Assembly: GCA_002189035.1 (NCBI GenBank)
Contig: NEEC01000016.1
Location: 1,922,001-1,986,000 of the forward strand
DNA: 64,000 bases
Direction of reading: 5' to 3'
Source: Utricularia gibba
Taxonomy: Eukaryota; Plantae; Magnoliophyta
Numbering within the stretch: position 1 is the first letter of the stretch; each line of letters begins with the position of its first letter. The translations under genes and the position numbers were made by a program. The notes below the pieces were generated by a model. That model made no database searches. It was not told where the DNA came from and saw nothing but the letters and a program-made list of their open reading frames with translations. Shown piece by piece: positions 38,548 through 51,060 of the stretch.

Positions 38548-41327
38548 TTTCAGAGATAAATCCACAAGGAATAAACAAGTCGCTTCAAACCTATGCAGTT
38601 CTTCTGGTGCAAATACTAATGATAGATCATAAAAAGCCTCATCCTCACATATTCAGCACAATCATCAATGTTCTATGAACAGCTGGGAGCTGATGACTGT
38701 AGCCGTGAAACTCAACATCTGACTAAAAAAAAAAAAAAACTGAAAGCGTAAGTGCACAGAAATAAAACAGGATAAAAAAAAAACCTCAACCCCTTTGGGA
38801 CTCGGAGATGATGAATAAACAGCAAAATTTATAGGAGTGGTGACCTATAGTTCTGCTCGATGGTATAGTATCAGATTCAGAGAGAATGCCTAACTTAGGC
38901 ATAGGGACTCAAACTAAGTGTCAACCATCATTAATGGATGCATAACTTGTCTTCAACGATACACTAAATGCCAGTAAAAGAACTCAGACCTTTTGGTTCA
39001 TCCGTACTATCCGGTTATGACTAAATACCGAGTTAACATAGGTCCTAAGAACCATCAATGAGAAGCAGGGAAATGCAACTTCTAGAAAAACATACAGGAG
39101 CTTTGCTCAAAATGAGGCTAAATTTGTACACAATAATTCATAATTGCAAGAACTCAGAGCTGGACTGGTACATCAAAAAGAGATATCCCATGTGAAAAAG
39201 GAAGATAAGCCAGCAAAAAACACCACATATGCCTATTTATATTGGCTATACCAACGGTCAGAAACTTAAGTAGACGAAACCGCGTGCATATTGCCTCTGG
39301 GGCTCTGAAGTGAATTTGAACTAGTTGGACGTGCCAGTAAAGCCGGGGTGGGAGCTGCCGACATCTACCTAACCTCGATCAGCACATGGGGTTCGATTAA
39401 ACAGGCGGGCAATTTCCCGGTGACATGTTATGCACTTAAAAATCACTTTAGCGTCCTTTCGTGCGTGCAAAAGAACTTGATGTGAGAAACATGATATTTA
39501 GCAAATGAAAAAATGTTACCATCTGAAACTAACAGGACAATTACTGTGGTGAAGATATTCTTCTTCCTTTGGCCACCGAAACATCTCTTGGAATCATGGT
39601 CCAGTTTGTTTAATGCCCGCTCACTTACAAAACGTAACCTGTACCAGTTGTAAGATATCTCTGAGCAACTGCAGCATAAACATGGAGTGTGGGGTATCAC
39701 TATGAGCTGTAAGCATACTCAGCCACAAGACTGTATGGGCTCCATGTCCTGTTCACAGCTGCTCAAACTTGAAATCATATCAACAGCTTCAATGGCTATG
39801 GCTATGACGATGGCGATATCGCTCCGCCCCATTTTCATTTCAACCCACTCAATCAATGGAAAACACAAAAGCATTCAGCCTATACTCCTTGTTGCTCTCA
39901 AAACCACCCACATTCCGCCAGCGACAGAAAACTAGCGGGATATTAGATTTTATTTCGTACAAGAAATCTGAAAAAAATGCCCCTTTGAATAGTCGAATAT
40001 GAGATCAGCCAACTTCCATGTATTATCATCTTTACCTTCCGCCAACAATACAAATCATGAGGCCCCCGCATTTTCCGTAAACCCATCCATCATTATCTAA
40101 GTATCACATCGGTCATTCCGGGAAGCAATGGCCCTAGCTCCCAACTCCAAGTAAGATTGAAAGGGACAATTGTATTCGAAATATATAGGATCTAATTCCC
40201 TTCTTCTGCCAGCCATTTTCAACACGAGTTCTTCGGCAAACTTAGAATTGTATTAGAATAAAGGAGCGGTCATTTTCTCAAACTTAATCACTTGGAAGTT
40301 GTAACGCGGCTACGTGCAGAGATCGATGATGACTGAAGAAAGGTAAAACCAGAAAGATAATAAAGCGACTGCCGCTATGTCACCGTCCAACCGTCCAATG
40401 ATAAAAGATGAAGGACAAGAGTAGGAGACACCTGTTGAACTAGGTCAACTTTCAGAGTCGTACTTCTGTCGAATACAGCCTTTTCACGGCAGATGCCGGG
40501 ACAAAAGCCAGTCGCTTGCGCCAATTCCGACGATCTAAAAGACAAGGTAAAAAGATTCTCCCCAAACATCAATCCCGCAGATTGCGCTCATAGTGATGAC
40601 CTAACGAGATGGAGAAAGACCCCCCCCCCCCCATGTGGAGAGCGGAGGCTACTTCATGGGCTCATATGCAGAATTGAGCCATCTCCGAAAAGCCCCAGCC
40701 CATAACCACGGTTTCGCTTCTATATAAATACGCTTCCGCTTCTCGCAAAAGCCCAAATGCGCAACCCAGTTGAAGTGGGCCTCTAATTAATTTATGAATC
40801 CATATTAGAAATAAGACGACAATCAGATGGGGTCTATGGTGCCATGGCATATAATGACTGATCGATCATACCCTATTTTCTACTCTCTTTCTCTCAATTT
40901 TTTTCATTTGTATTAAATTGAAAGCATTGGTAAAGACCCCAAGCTGGACGTACAACTGTCAAGTGTGGTGCTTCCTGGGAATGAATGATACTCATCTTAT
41001 TGGAATTTTATGAAGCTGTAAAGCACGAAACATGGCTGTCAAAGTGACGACGGCCAGCCAACCCGACGCCACCGTCCGTCACACTTCCAATCCACTCATG
41101 TCTTATGTGGAATGCTTGACTCCATTTCAGCAGAAATAAATAGGAACCCAAGTAATAATCAATCGCCGATTAGGGATGCAGGTGAACACAGCAAAGCACA
41201 ACCCCAGAATACACATCCAACATCAACAACATGCGCCTACACGAACACAAGGAACCCTAATCCAACGCTTGCTATCGTTTTTTTTTTTTTTTTTTAGATA
41301 AGAGGAAGTAAGGAAAGAAAGAAAGAA

Positions 41328-41639
41328 TCAGCTGGAAAAGAGCTTGTATGAGGTGAAATCCATGTCTGTGGAGTGAATCAAGTAGGTGAGCACAAGCGCG
41401 ATCAACATCAAAATGTAAGCGACGCCTTGGTCGATCGATGTACCTTCAGGAAAAACGAGACCTACAATTACACCTCCAATTCGCAGAGATCTATCGAAAT
41501 GGGAGTTAACTAATTGGTGCTCACCATCGCTAGCGGGCGCGGGGGCCGGAGCCTGAGATTCCTGCGCCGCCGCTACGGTGAAGGCGACCGCGGCGGCGAA
41601 TAGAGCGATGAAAGGGATCGACGCCTTGGCGATGGCCAT
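41328..41639 (-). CDS. AGP: Arabinogalactan peptide (AGP16/20/22/41 type), 76 aa after removal of an 81-nt intron (41444-41524)
   Basis: Signal peptide MAIAKASIPFIALFAAAVAFTVAAA, AP glycomodule QAPAPAPASDG, conserved TSIDQGVAYILMLIALVLTYLIH. GT-AG intron sits at the SDG/TSID junction. Confidence 0.92.
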   Translation of the reverse strand: MAIAKASIPFIALFAAAVAFTVAAAQESQAPAPAPASDGEHQLVNSHFDRSLRIGGVIVGLVFPEGTSIDQGVAYILMLIALVLTYLIHSTDMDFTSYKLFSS

Positions 41640-44600
41640 TATTTCTCTGTTCTGTTCTGTTCTGTTCGGAGTGAATGCGGCGATGAATCTGCAGGGGGGG
41701 GGGGGGAGAGTGGTGCGAGGTCTTATGAGAGCGAGTGGTGGAGTGGGCCCATGGGCATGTTTTTGAAAGATATCCAGCCCATGTGCTGCTCCGCCCAGCC
41801 AACCTGTCCTGATGGCTCCCGCCGCTAATAACGTTAATTACAAGAACGCCCCCTGTGGTCCCCAGGAACATTCCCCCCTCCCAACGGCTAGTTTCTCGCT
41901 TCCTTCTTTTCCTGTGCAAACGGGAATTGTACATCACTTCATTGGATTCCCCCCCCATTCCAAATAAATCCGGATCTGAATTCTGATTGGCTAAAGCTAT
42001 TTCTGGGTGATGACCAGACAATTGGCTGCCACTGCCTGGTGCTACTAACTCTGGTTAGGCGGAGCAACCATGGTTCAACAACATTGCTCGTGTGGGCCCA
42101 CCTCCACGTCACATTCACGATGGGCTGCCCCATTTATCTATGTTATATTTTTGTAGCATACAAGTCTCATGTGAATCCCCTGATAGATCTTGGATCAGCC
42201 CAAAACCAATTTACTCGGTGGAAGCTTCCTAAGCCTTCAAACACTTTCTAGAACCTAATAGGAGCAATTGCACACCATGTGAAAAGACAATAAAACAATA
42301 GAAGGCAAGTCGTTCTTCCCATACCTCTAGAGCATCACCGGCTTGCGTCTTAGATGCAACATGCATCCACATATTAAAGAACATGCAACAGGGATGAAGC
42401 TCACAATCACCACACGGCACTATGTTCGACTTCTCAAGTATCAAGCCATGCCAATTTTCCATTCAAATGATTGAGAAGACCAGAAAGTACAATGCCCCAT
42501 GACAAATTTGAAGGGAGACAAAGCAAGGAACGATACTTATCACTTTTTACTTTCTTACTTGTACAAAGGAACTGAATGATCAAATCAATCAAAATGATCT
42601 CAGAGTAAATAGATCAAGAATCATCCACTAATCAATGTAATCTCAAGTATTCCATCATATTTACAAATGACAACAAGACATTATTTATAAAATGCTAATC
42701 AACTATGTGATTGAAAATGTTTTCATGAAATAATCATTTGTTTCATTTTTTTCCTGCACCTGCAATGTAACTAACTGCACCAGAAGAACATGGTATGCCT
42801 CAATTGGTACAGACATCTATCTTCACCCTCTCCTCAAGCTGGTTCACTTGAGTAAGCAGACCAAGCTTGCCCACAATAGAATGAAAAGCTGATGTATCTA
42901 AAGTTGTGTTGAAAATGCTTGTTAATTGTTGCATGGAAGGTAAAAAATTAGGGGGGAAAAAACCTAGCTTAAATTGATTTTTGACGTCATGATAGTCGAT
43001 GTTTATATGCTTAGTCCATTCATGGAAAATTGGATTAGTTGTAATGTGTATCGTTGACTGACTGTAACATCATAATGGAATAGATATGGACAAAAATTGA
43101 GCAAGATCACACATCACATAGGATGTCCATAAACAATCAGCTATAGTGGCAGCCATGCTATGATATTTAGTTTCCATAGAGGATCATTAGACTGTGTTCT
43201 ACTTCCTAGTATTCCAGATATTAAACAACCTCCAAGGAAGATACAATTCTTGGATATTGAATGATGTGTGGTATGGCAAGCACCCCCAATGTGCATTGCA
43301 ATAAGCAACAATATCTAAAGTACCATCATATGGATAAAAAATACCAAAGGTAGAAGAGCAAAAATATAATTGAACAAGCATTTCAACTCTATCAAATGTT
43401 CAACACCAAGGTCATACACAAATTGAAATAATTGTTGTATAGAAAAAGAAATATTTAGTATAGTGAATCCAGGTGTAAAAGTTTTCCAATCAATGCTCTG
43501 TATTCATCAGAGTAATAAGGCTATGATGACTCATTTGAGAATTTATAACCACGTGGAATGGGTGTAGGCACTACTCGTAGAGTGGATAGATCTAAGTTGT
43601 TAAGAATATCTGCAAGATACCTCCTTTGTGGGATTAAAAGGCCATTGTCAAACCTATGTTATTCATTTCCCAGGAAGAAATGTAGTATCTTGTTGATCTT
43701 TAATAGTAAACTTAGAGTGTAATGCCGCTTTTAGAGCAGTGATTGTCTCCAATGATGAATCCACAATAATAATATCATCTACATACACCAAAAGAGCCAA
43801 GAAGGAAGAGTTTCCTTGTTGGATGAATAAACATACATCTGACGAAGTTTGACTAAAGTTCAACTACTACAGGAACTTTGTGATTTCGACATTCCATTTT
43901 CTTGATTCTTGTTTTTATCCATATAAAGATTTTTTAAGTAAGCAAACATCCCTTGTACTACAATAGAATCCCTCAAAAGGCATCATGTAGATTTCCTCAG
44001 CTATATAGCCATGAAGAAATGTATTGTTCAAATCAATGTGATGTAAATGCCAATGGTGTTTGTCTATCAATGCAAATAGAATTTGAATGGTGGTAGCCTT
44101 CGTCATGGGAGCGAAACTTTCGTGAAAGTGCACTCTTCAACTTGGGTATATCCTTTAGCCACTAAACGTGCTTTATACCTTTCAAGTTATTCGCTCGACA
44201 ACCATTTAATCTTGCACATCCACTTACATCCTATGTTTTGTTTTTGAGGTGGCAATTTTACTACACCCCAATGTTTGATTTTGTTCTAATGCTTTGAATT
44301 CTTGTTGCATTGCATGGTAGTTTGATTCTTCTCAATAACGTTTTGGTTCCACAATGAGATAGGATTCCTTGGAGAATGGTACATTGATAAACAAAAATTC
44401 TTAAGTCATTGCAAGATATTAAATATTCATATCAAATAAATTTATAAATCCTAATCTTTTGAAAAAAACAAATTAAACACAAGATATATAGTGGAATTTC
44501 GAGGTCAATCAAGAAGCAAGTGCTTGTTATATGTTTTCTTAGATGCAAGTTCACAAAATAAATATTACTCTTACTCTAAGCTTAAACTAACATTGGTACA

Positions 44601-44690
44601 TAAATTTAGTAAATAATATCGAATCACAATGAAGAAGGTAATAGGTACACGTTTTGTGCACAATTTAATACTAATATACCTCAAGGTGGT

Positions 44691-47600
44691 TGATAAACAA
44701 AAATTTTCTAATGTCGTTGTGAAAATAGAAATTTCGTTATCAAATAAATTTATAAGCACTAATCTATACAAAATACAAATTTAGAAAACTTATAGAGTGG
44801 ATTTCAGGATCGATCACAAGGAGCATGTGCTTGTTAAGTGTTTTAGTAAATGCATAATTCGGAATATAGTGGTCTTAGTCTAAACTCGGACTAGCAATGA
44901 CAAGTAAATTCAATAAACGGAATCAGGTTTCAATGCAAAAGGTAACAAGTATTAGTTCTAACTCAAAATAATATGAAGATATCTTAAGGATCTGCAGGTG
45001 GTGTTGTGATAAGGTGCCTAATTTAATTTACCATGTTCCTACACTCACAAATTCAAATAACCTAAGTCTACCCAGGTCATTCATTATATTTTCGGCTTAA
45101 CTAGTCCCTAATATCATAACCAACATTGCAATTAGGTCTATCCACATGCAATGTATATAGAATTAGGTTTACCCGGTTCTACTGGTTCTACCCCGGACTA
45201 ACGCCTACTGCTCCCATCTTGATTTTTTGGTCTACCTCTAAACCAAGCATCTTAGTTGTGAAGTTACTTGTTTGCCTCCTTAGGTCTACCCATGGAATGA
45301 TAGAAACAATAACTAAGAAAGAAACATAAATTATATCATTAACCCTAGACCCACATCACCATACTTCATCTTAAGGCATCCCTAAGGTTTTAGCTACTCA
45401 TATATGAAAGATAAAGCATGATATCATTAAGATAAACTGAAGAGAATAGCAAAGACATTATAAAACAACAGTCAAAGTAACGAAAAATACAGCGAACTAA
45501 AGATAGAGTGTTTTTTTTCACGATCTGCTACTGTTCACTGCCTGGAAAAGTAGCGCTGAATTAGGTCTTTGATGTTGTTCTTCAAGTCTCTGGTCTTCTT
45601 TCTGGAAAAATCGCCTTCATCTTCCTTCTTTCATGTTCGTCCTTCCCCTTCCTGGGGTCTAGTCGTGTTGGGGGAGAAGCCCCCTCATGTGCTCCCCTGT
45701 TCGCTACGTGTTCTTCCCACTCTAAAAATATCTTCACATCTTTTTTTTCCATTTTTCAAAATCAGTCCATTGTTCCTGACATCTGTACTATTTTTGAGCT
45801 GAATCTGTAGACTGTAGGCAGTTGAATATTAATCATGTCTCCTTCTTGTGTCTTGTGCTCCTTGGAATTGTGCTCATAAACTAACTAAATGTGATCCACA
45901 ATGCTGCTGCTAACACTTGGAAGAATATTAGAAATAATAATCTAGACTAAATCATTAATTTAGTCTATATTATACATAAAAATAAAAATAACACTACAAT
46001 TAAAAAAATATCAAAAATCATAGTTAAAATACATAATTTTACCTTTAAACATCTGAATTTCATAACCTAAAAACACTAATAAAATGTGTGTTATCACACT
46101 ATGCTACAACGACAATAGACTTGTCCTCAAGTCCGAAGTAAGACTAATAGAATCTTGTTTTCGAAATTATTTCATAATGACCATGTTCAGATTTCAGATG
46201 CATGAATCATAGGTGTGCTTGTGTGCAAAACATGTAACACTCCAGCATGCATGAATAGATTCTTCTTGGAGAGTGCTTTCAAAGATTAAAACAATGAATT
46301 AACGTATTCAAAGCACGCAAAAGATAGTGTTTGCCAACTCAGTGTGTTTTTTTTTTTTTTTTTTGCATCTATGCCTCTGATTTTTTATATATATGAGATA
46401 ATGAATGAATAAACATTTCAGAATCGATCTAGGCATAATTTCAAGACCTCTTTTCATACAAAGAGTGTTGGCCAAGCACTCTCTCCTTATACCTCCAGAT
46501 CTACTTCCACTCCTCTAAAATTTCATCCATGCTTATTCATTTACTTCTCAATGAGTCTACACACGCTTTTCAATTGTGTATTGCTTTTTAGACCCAGTCT
46601 CACCGCTTTTCAAATGATGATGCTTTTCTTGACCCTTATTCTTTTTTTTGTTCATCAGCAATCACTAATCCTTGCAGCAATGAAATATATCAACTCATGC
46701 AAACAAATATAGATTGCACTCTTTAGTTTTGTCTAATCATGCTTGCACTCACATAGGAAAATAATTGAGATTCATGCTCACAAGGTTTCAAAAGGCTTCA
46801 AACAAAGCTCATGCATCCTAATCAACACAAGGCTATCATATCCCATCATTGAATTATTCGAAAAAGGATTTGGATTATCAAGTAAAAATGCAACATACGA
46901 AAACAGACAAATAACTCCTAGCATAGACTAACAGATATGACCTTTCCTAGAGACAAACATGAGACTGAAATAAACCTAGCCAAATTAAATGAAGCAGCAA
47001 GTTACTTGTGTAGGGAGGAGTCATTCACTCCCCGTTTCAGTCTCTTCTTTCTTGAATCAAATAGCCACTTTATTGCACATCATTTCAAGCATCTTAGCAC
47101 AAGGGAAGTTACAGCATAATTGTTTTCCGTTGCTATTGGTGCACCTCTTACAAATTCATACGATTGACCAATCTATTTCCTTTGCTTCTTTGGTGCATTT
47201 CTCGGAAATTAAACATTAAAGCTTTATCCTCATCCCAACATTAAAAAAAATCTAAATCATAGACTTCATCAACATATGTCCAAGAATTGTAGTAATCTAA
47301 CAGCAACCTTGTTGTGCTAATGTAAACATGAAAGTCATAAACATCAATTAGCACAATTTCTTAGAAAAATAAAACATGATTTCCAGCACACTTGAACCCA
47401 ATTCCAATCAAAACAAAATGGAACAAAAGCACATGAAACCTAATGAACTAAAATTAATCTAAATACTGAAAATAAAATACGGAAATAAAACCTATCTTTG
47501 GGTTGCCTCCCATGAGCACCCTTGTTTTTAGTCTTAGATTCGACTATCTTTGAGTCTACGTTTTTGCTACATCTTCAAATGTAGCATCATCAGTAAAATT

Positions 47601-50600
47601 ATGAGCCCCATTTTCAAAAGTTTCATAAGAATTGTTCAACATTTTAAAGACTTCATCCTTGCATCTCCTTCATCAAAATGGATGATTCCAAAGGCCACAT
47701 TTTTCAGCATTCAAAGACATGCTCATTTCAGGGCATTCATTTCCAATTGGCATCATTCCTACAATAATAAAATAAACAATATCAGTAGAACCTTGTTTCC
47801 AGTTTGTAATCTTCCATGAGAATAGTTGTTTGCTGAGAAACGCTTCTACAATTATGCAATCTTCAATCTTGTTGGGTTTCCTAGAATTATTGATAAAAAC
47901 ATTTGTCCCCACAATATTATCAAAAATTTCTTTTGAATTCTGGATGAATTCCTCGAACAAGGTTGTTTCTTGATCCGAGCTGAGACCATCAGAAAGAATT
48001 ACAGAATCTTCATGCTTATCATTCATCAAAATTTCTTGCATGTGAGCATCCAATGGCTTTTGATTCGAGATTTTCTTTTCTTGTTCACCTCCAGGAGCAC
48101 TCAAATACTCCAGCTTTGTCTCAATGTTTGCATTCTTAAGAAATAGTTCTTCATATTCTTTTCCCTCTTTGTCAATTTCTTCCTTCAAGTATTCTTCAAC
48201 AGATTTTTCAGTTGGCTCCATAGAAAAAACTCCTTCAAAATCACTTGAAGAGTTTGTAACATCCTTCATCAAGAGACATCTTAATTGTCCCCATCTTCAC
48301 ATTGATAATAGCATTGAATGTGCTCAAAAATGGTCTTCCCAAAATTATGGTAGTGGCATATTGAATACATAAAAATCAAATGGAAATATCAGATCCTCAA
48401 TTTGAATTAGGACATCTTCTACCAAACCTTTGGGAGAAATGACACTTCGATCCACCAATTGAATTTGCACTCTGAATGCTTTCAAGGGTCCCAATCTAAG
48501 AGCTTCATAAACTGAATATGACATCACATTAATAGAAGCCTCTAAATCAGCTATGACTCTCCTGATATTCAAATCTCCAATTTTGCAAGGAATGAAAAAT
48601 GTACCCGGATCCTTGCATTTTTCAGGAAGCTTTTGAGTGAGTAGTGTTGAACAACTCTCACTTAAAATATCTTTCCTTTTTCCTTCATCTTGGGTTTGGA
48701 CATGTAAAGGTTCTTCAAATATTTCACACCTTTTGGCACCATAGAAATATAGTCCAAAATAGTCAAATTAAATTGAGCATTACCCAAGATCTTCAAAATT
48801 TTCTACTTTTCATCTTGATCTTCTTTTGTCTTCAACTTTTCATGAAATGGAGGTTGAATGATCTTCACTTTATGAGGTTCTCGAAGAACCACCACTTCTT
48901 CCTTGTCTTCAACCGCAACACTGAATTTCTGCTTCTCATATGTCTTAGTCTTAGATCGGACTAAGTCTCTATCGGGTTTCTCCTTGCTATTTCTCAATGT
49001 CATGGCGCTGCAATTCAATCTTCCACCAGAATTTGAACATGATGCTGTTGGTTTCTCTTTCTTTTTCAATTACCCAAGCTCCAATGTCAATTGACCCAAT
49101 TGAGTCTCCAAATTCTTGATAGATTTTCTATTTTCATCTTCAATTCTTGTTGATTGCATCATGAACATTTTTATCATTTCTTCCAAAGAATTTCCAACAC
49201 TCCCTCCAGTGTTGCCTTCATTTGAGCCTTGAAACTGCTGCTGGTTTTGCTGGTTTTGTCTTTGAAATAGAGATGTCTGATATGATCTTTGCTCCTGAAA
49301 ATTTTGCTGCCCCATTGTTGAGCTCTCCCACTTATAAGAATTTTCGTTGTTACTCCAACGAAAATTTGGATGATCCCTGCAGCTTGGGTAGTAAGTATTT
49401 GCATATTGATCATATTTCTTCCTCTGCTGGGGCTCCAAATATCCCATAGGCTTGACATGCTCTTCTTCAAATAAATCTTGGCACTTTTCCGCAACATGCC
49501 CTGTTCTGTGACAGTTTCCGCACGACATGTTCTTGGCCTAAAATAAGAATAGCTCCTTGATCATTTCTGACATAGCAGCAACATTTCTCGTGAGTTCAAT
49601 CTCTAAAACCTGCTTACTCTTCACTTCATATACTCTCTTGTTTGAGGCTTGCTTTTTGATAATATGCCCGGAATGCTCAACCAACTCCTCAAGTAAGGAA
49701 ATAGCTTTGGTTGGTGTCTTTTTTCTCAAGAATCCCCATGTTACTGAATCAACCATGGAGCTATATGTGCACATCAATCCATCATAGAAATATTTGACCG
49801 AAGAAGCAAATTGAAAACCATGGTGAGGACAAGATCCAAACAATTGATGAAACCTTTCCCAATACTCATAAAGTGACTCCCCAGTCATTTGCTCAATGGC
49901 ACTGATTTTTTTCTAATTTCTTCAGCTTTAGAGGCAAGAAAATATTTGCTCAAGAATGCTTCCTTCATGCCAGCCCAATCTGATATGCATTTCGGCTTCA
50001 AGGAATTAAACCACATCCTTGCTTCTCCTTCCAAAGTAAATCGAAATGCCCTCAAACAAATTGCTTCTTCCATCACTTCAGCACTTTTAAATGATGTGCA
50101 AACTGCTGTAATATTATCCTAGTGCTCATGTGGATTTTCTCCAATCTTTACATGGAACTTTGACAAAAAATTAATCATGGCCGGTTTAAGTTCACTTGCT
50201 GCATCAACTGGAAAATCGATACACAATCCTTTGTAAGTGTGATCAGCAACATCTAATTCATTCAATGTCTTCTCCTGTTCGGCCATTTTCAGATTTGGGT
50301 GGCTACGGTAAGGATTTTCCTCAACTTGACCACTTCCCTTGATTGTTTTTTTTTTTTTTTTTGCGGTTCCCTCAAGTAGCCCTCTCGACCTCAAGATTGA
50401 AATCGAAATTCCCTTCACCAAAGGATTACAAAACAATTGAACACCACTCCCCGGCAACGGCGCCAATTTGATAAACGAAAATTTCCTAATGTTGTTGCAA
50501 AAATAGAAATTTCGTTGTCAAATAAATTTATAAGCCCTAATCTACACAAAATACAAATTTAGAAAACTTGTATAGTGGATTTCGGGGTCGATCACAAGGT

Positions 50601-51060
50601 GCTTGTGCTTGCTAAGTGTTTTAGTAAATGCATAATTCGGAATATAGTGGTCTTCGTCTAAGCTCGGACTAGCAATGACAAGTAAATTCAGTAAACGGAA
50701 TCAGGTTTCAATGCAAAAGGTAACAAGTATTGGTTCTAACTCAGAATAATATGAAGATGTCTTAAGGATCTGTGGGTGGTGTTGTGATAAGGTGCCTAAT
50801 TTAATTTACCATGTTTCTACATTCACAACTTTAAATAACCTAAGTCTACCCAGATCATTCATCATATTTTCGGCTAACACTTGGAAGAATATTAGAAATC
50901 ATAATGTAGACTAAATCATTAATTTAGTCTATATTATGCATAAAAATACAAATAACACTACAATTGAAAAAATATCAAAAATCATAGTTAAAATACATAA
51001 TTTTACCATTAAACATCTAAATTTCATAACCTAAAAACACTAATAAAATGTGTGTTATCA
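44691..51060 (-). mobile_element. Two-LTR Athila-lineage element, non-autonomous (gag and protease only, no recognisable RT/RH/INT), 6370 bp
   Basis: Perfect TSD GTGGT (44686-90, 51061-65). 5' LTR 50469-51060, 3' LTR 44691-46096. gag fragments (FRFTLEGEARMWFNSL, ESLYEYWERF, CGNCHRTGH..EKC), protease (KDPGTF.IPCKIG..ADLEASINVM), and the motif GGGAGGCAACCC near 47500. Confidence 0.9.
50448..50465 (-). other. Primer-binding site complementary to the 3' end of tRNA-Asp
   Basis: Minus-strand TGGCGCCGTTGCCGGGGA lies 3 nt inside the 5' LTR and complements plant tRNA-Asp(GTC) ending ...TCCCCGGCAACGGCGCCA, the primer known for Athila. Confidence 0.88.
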
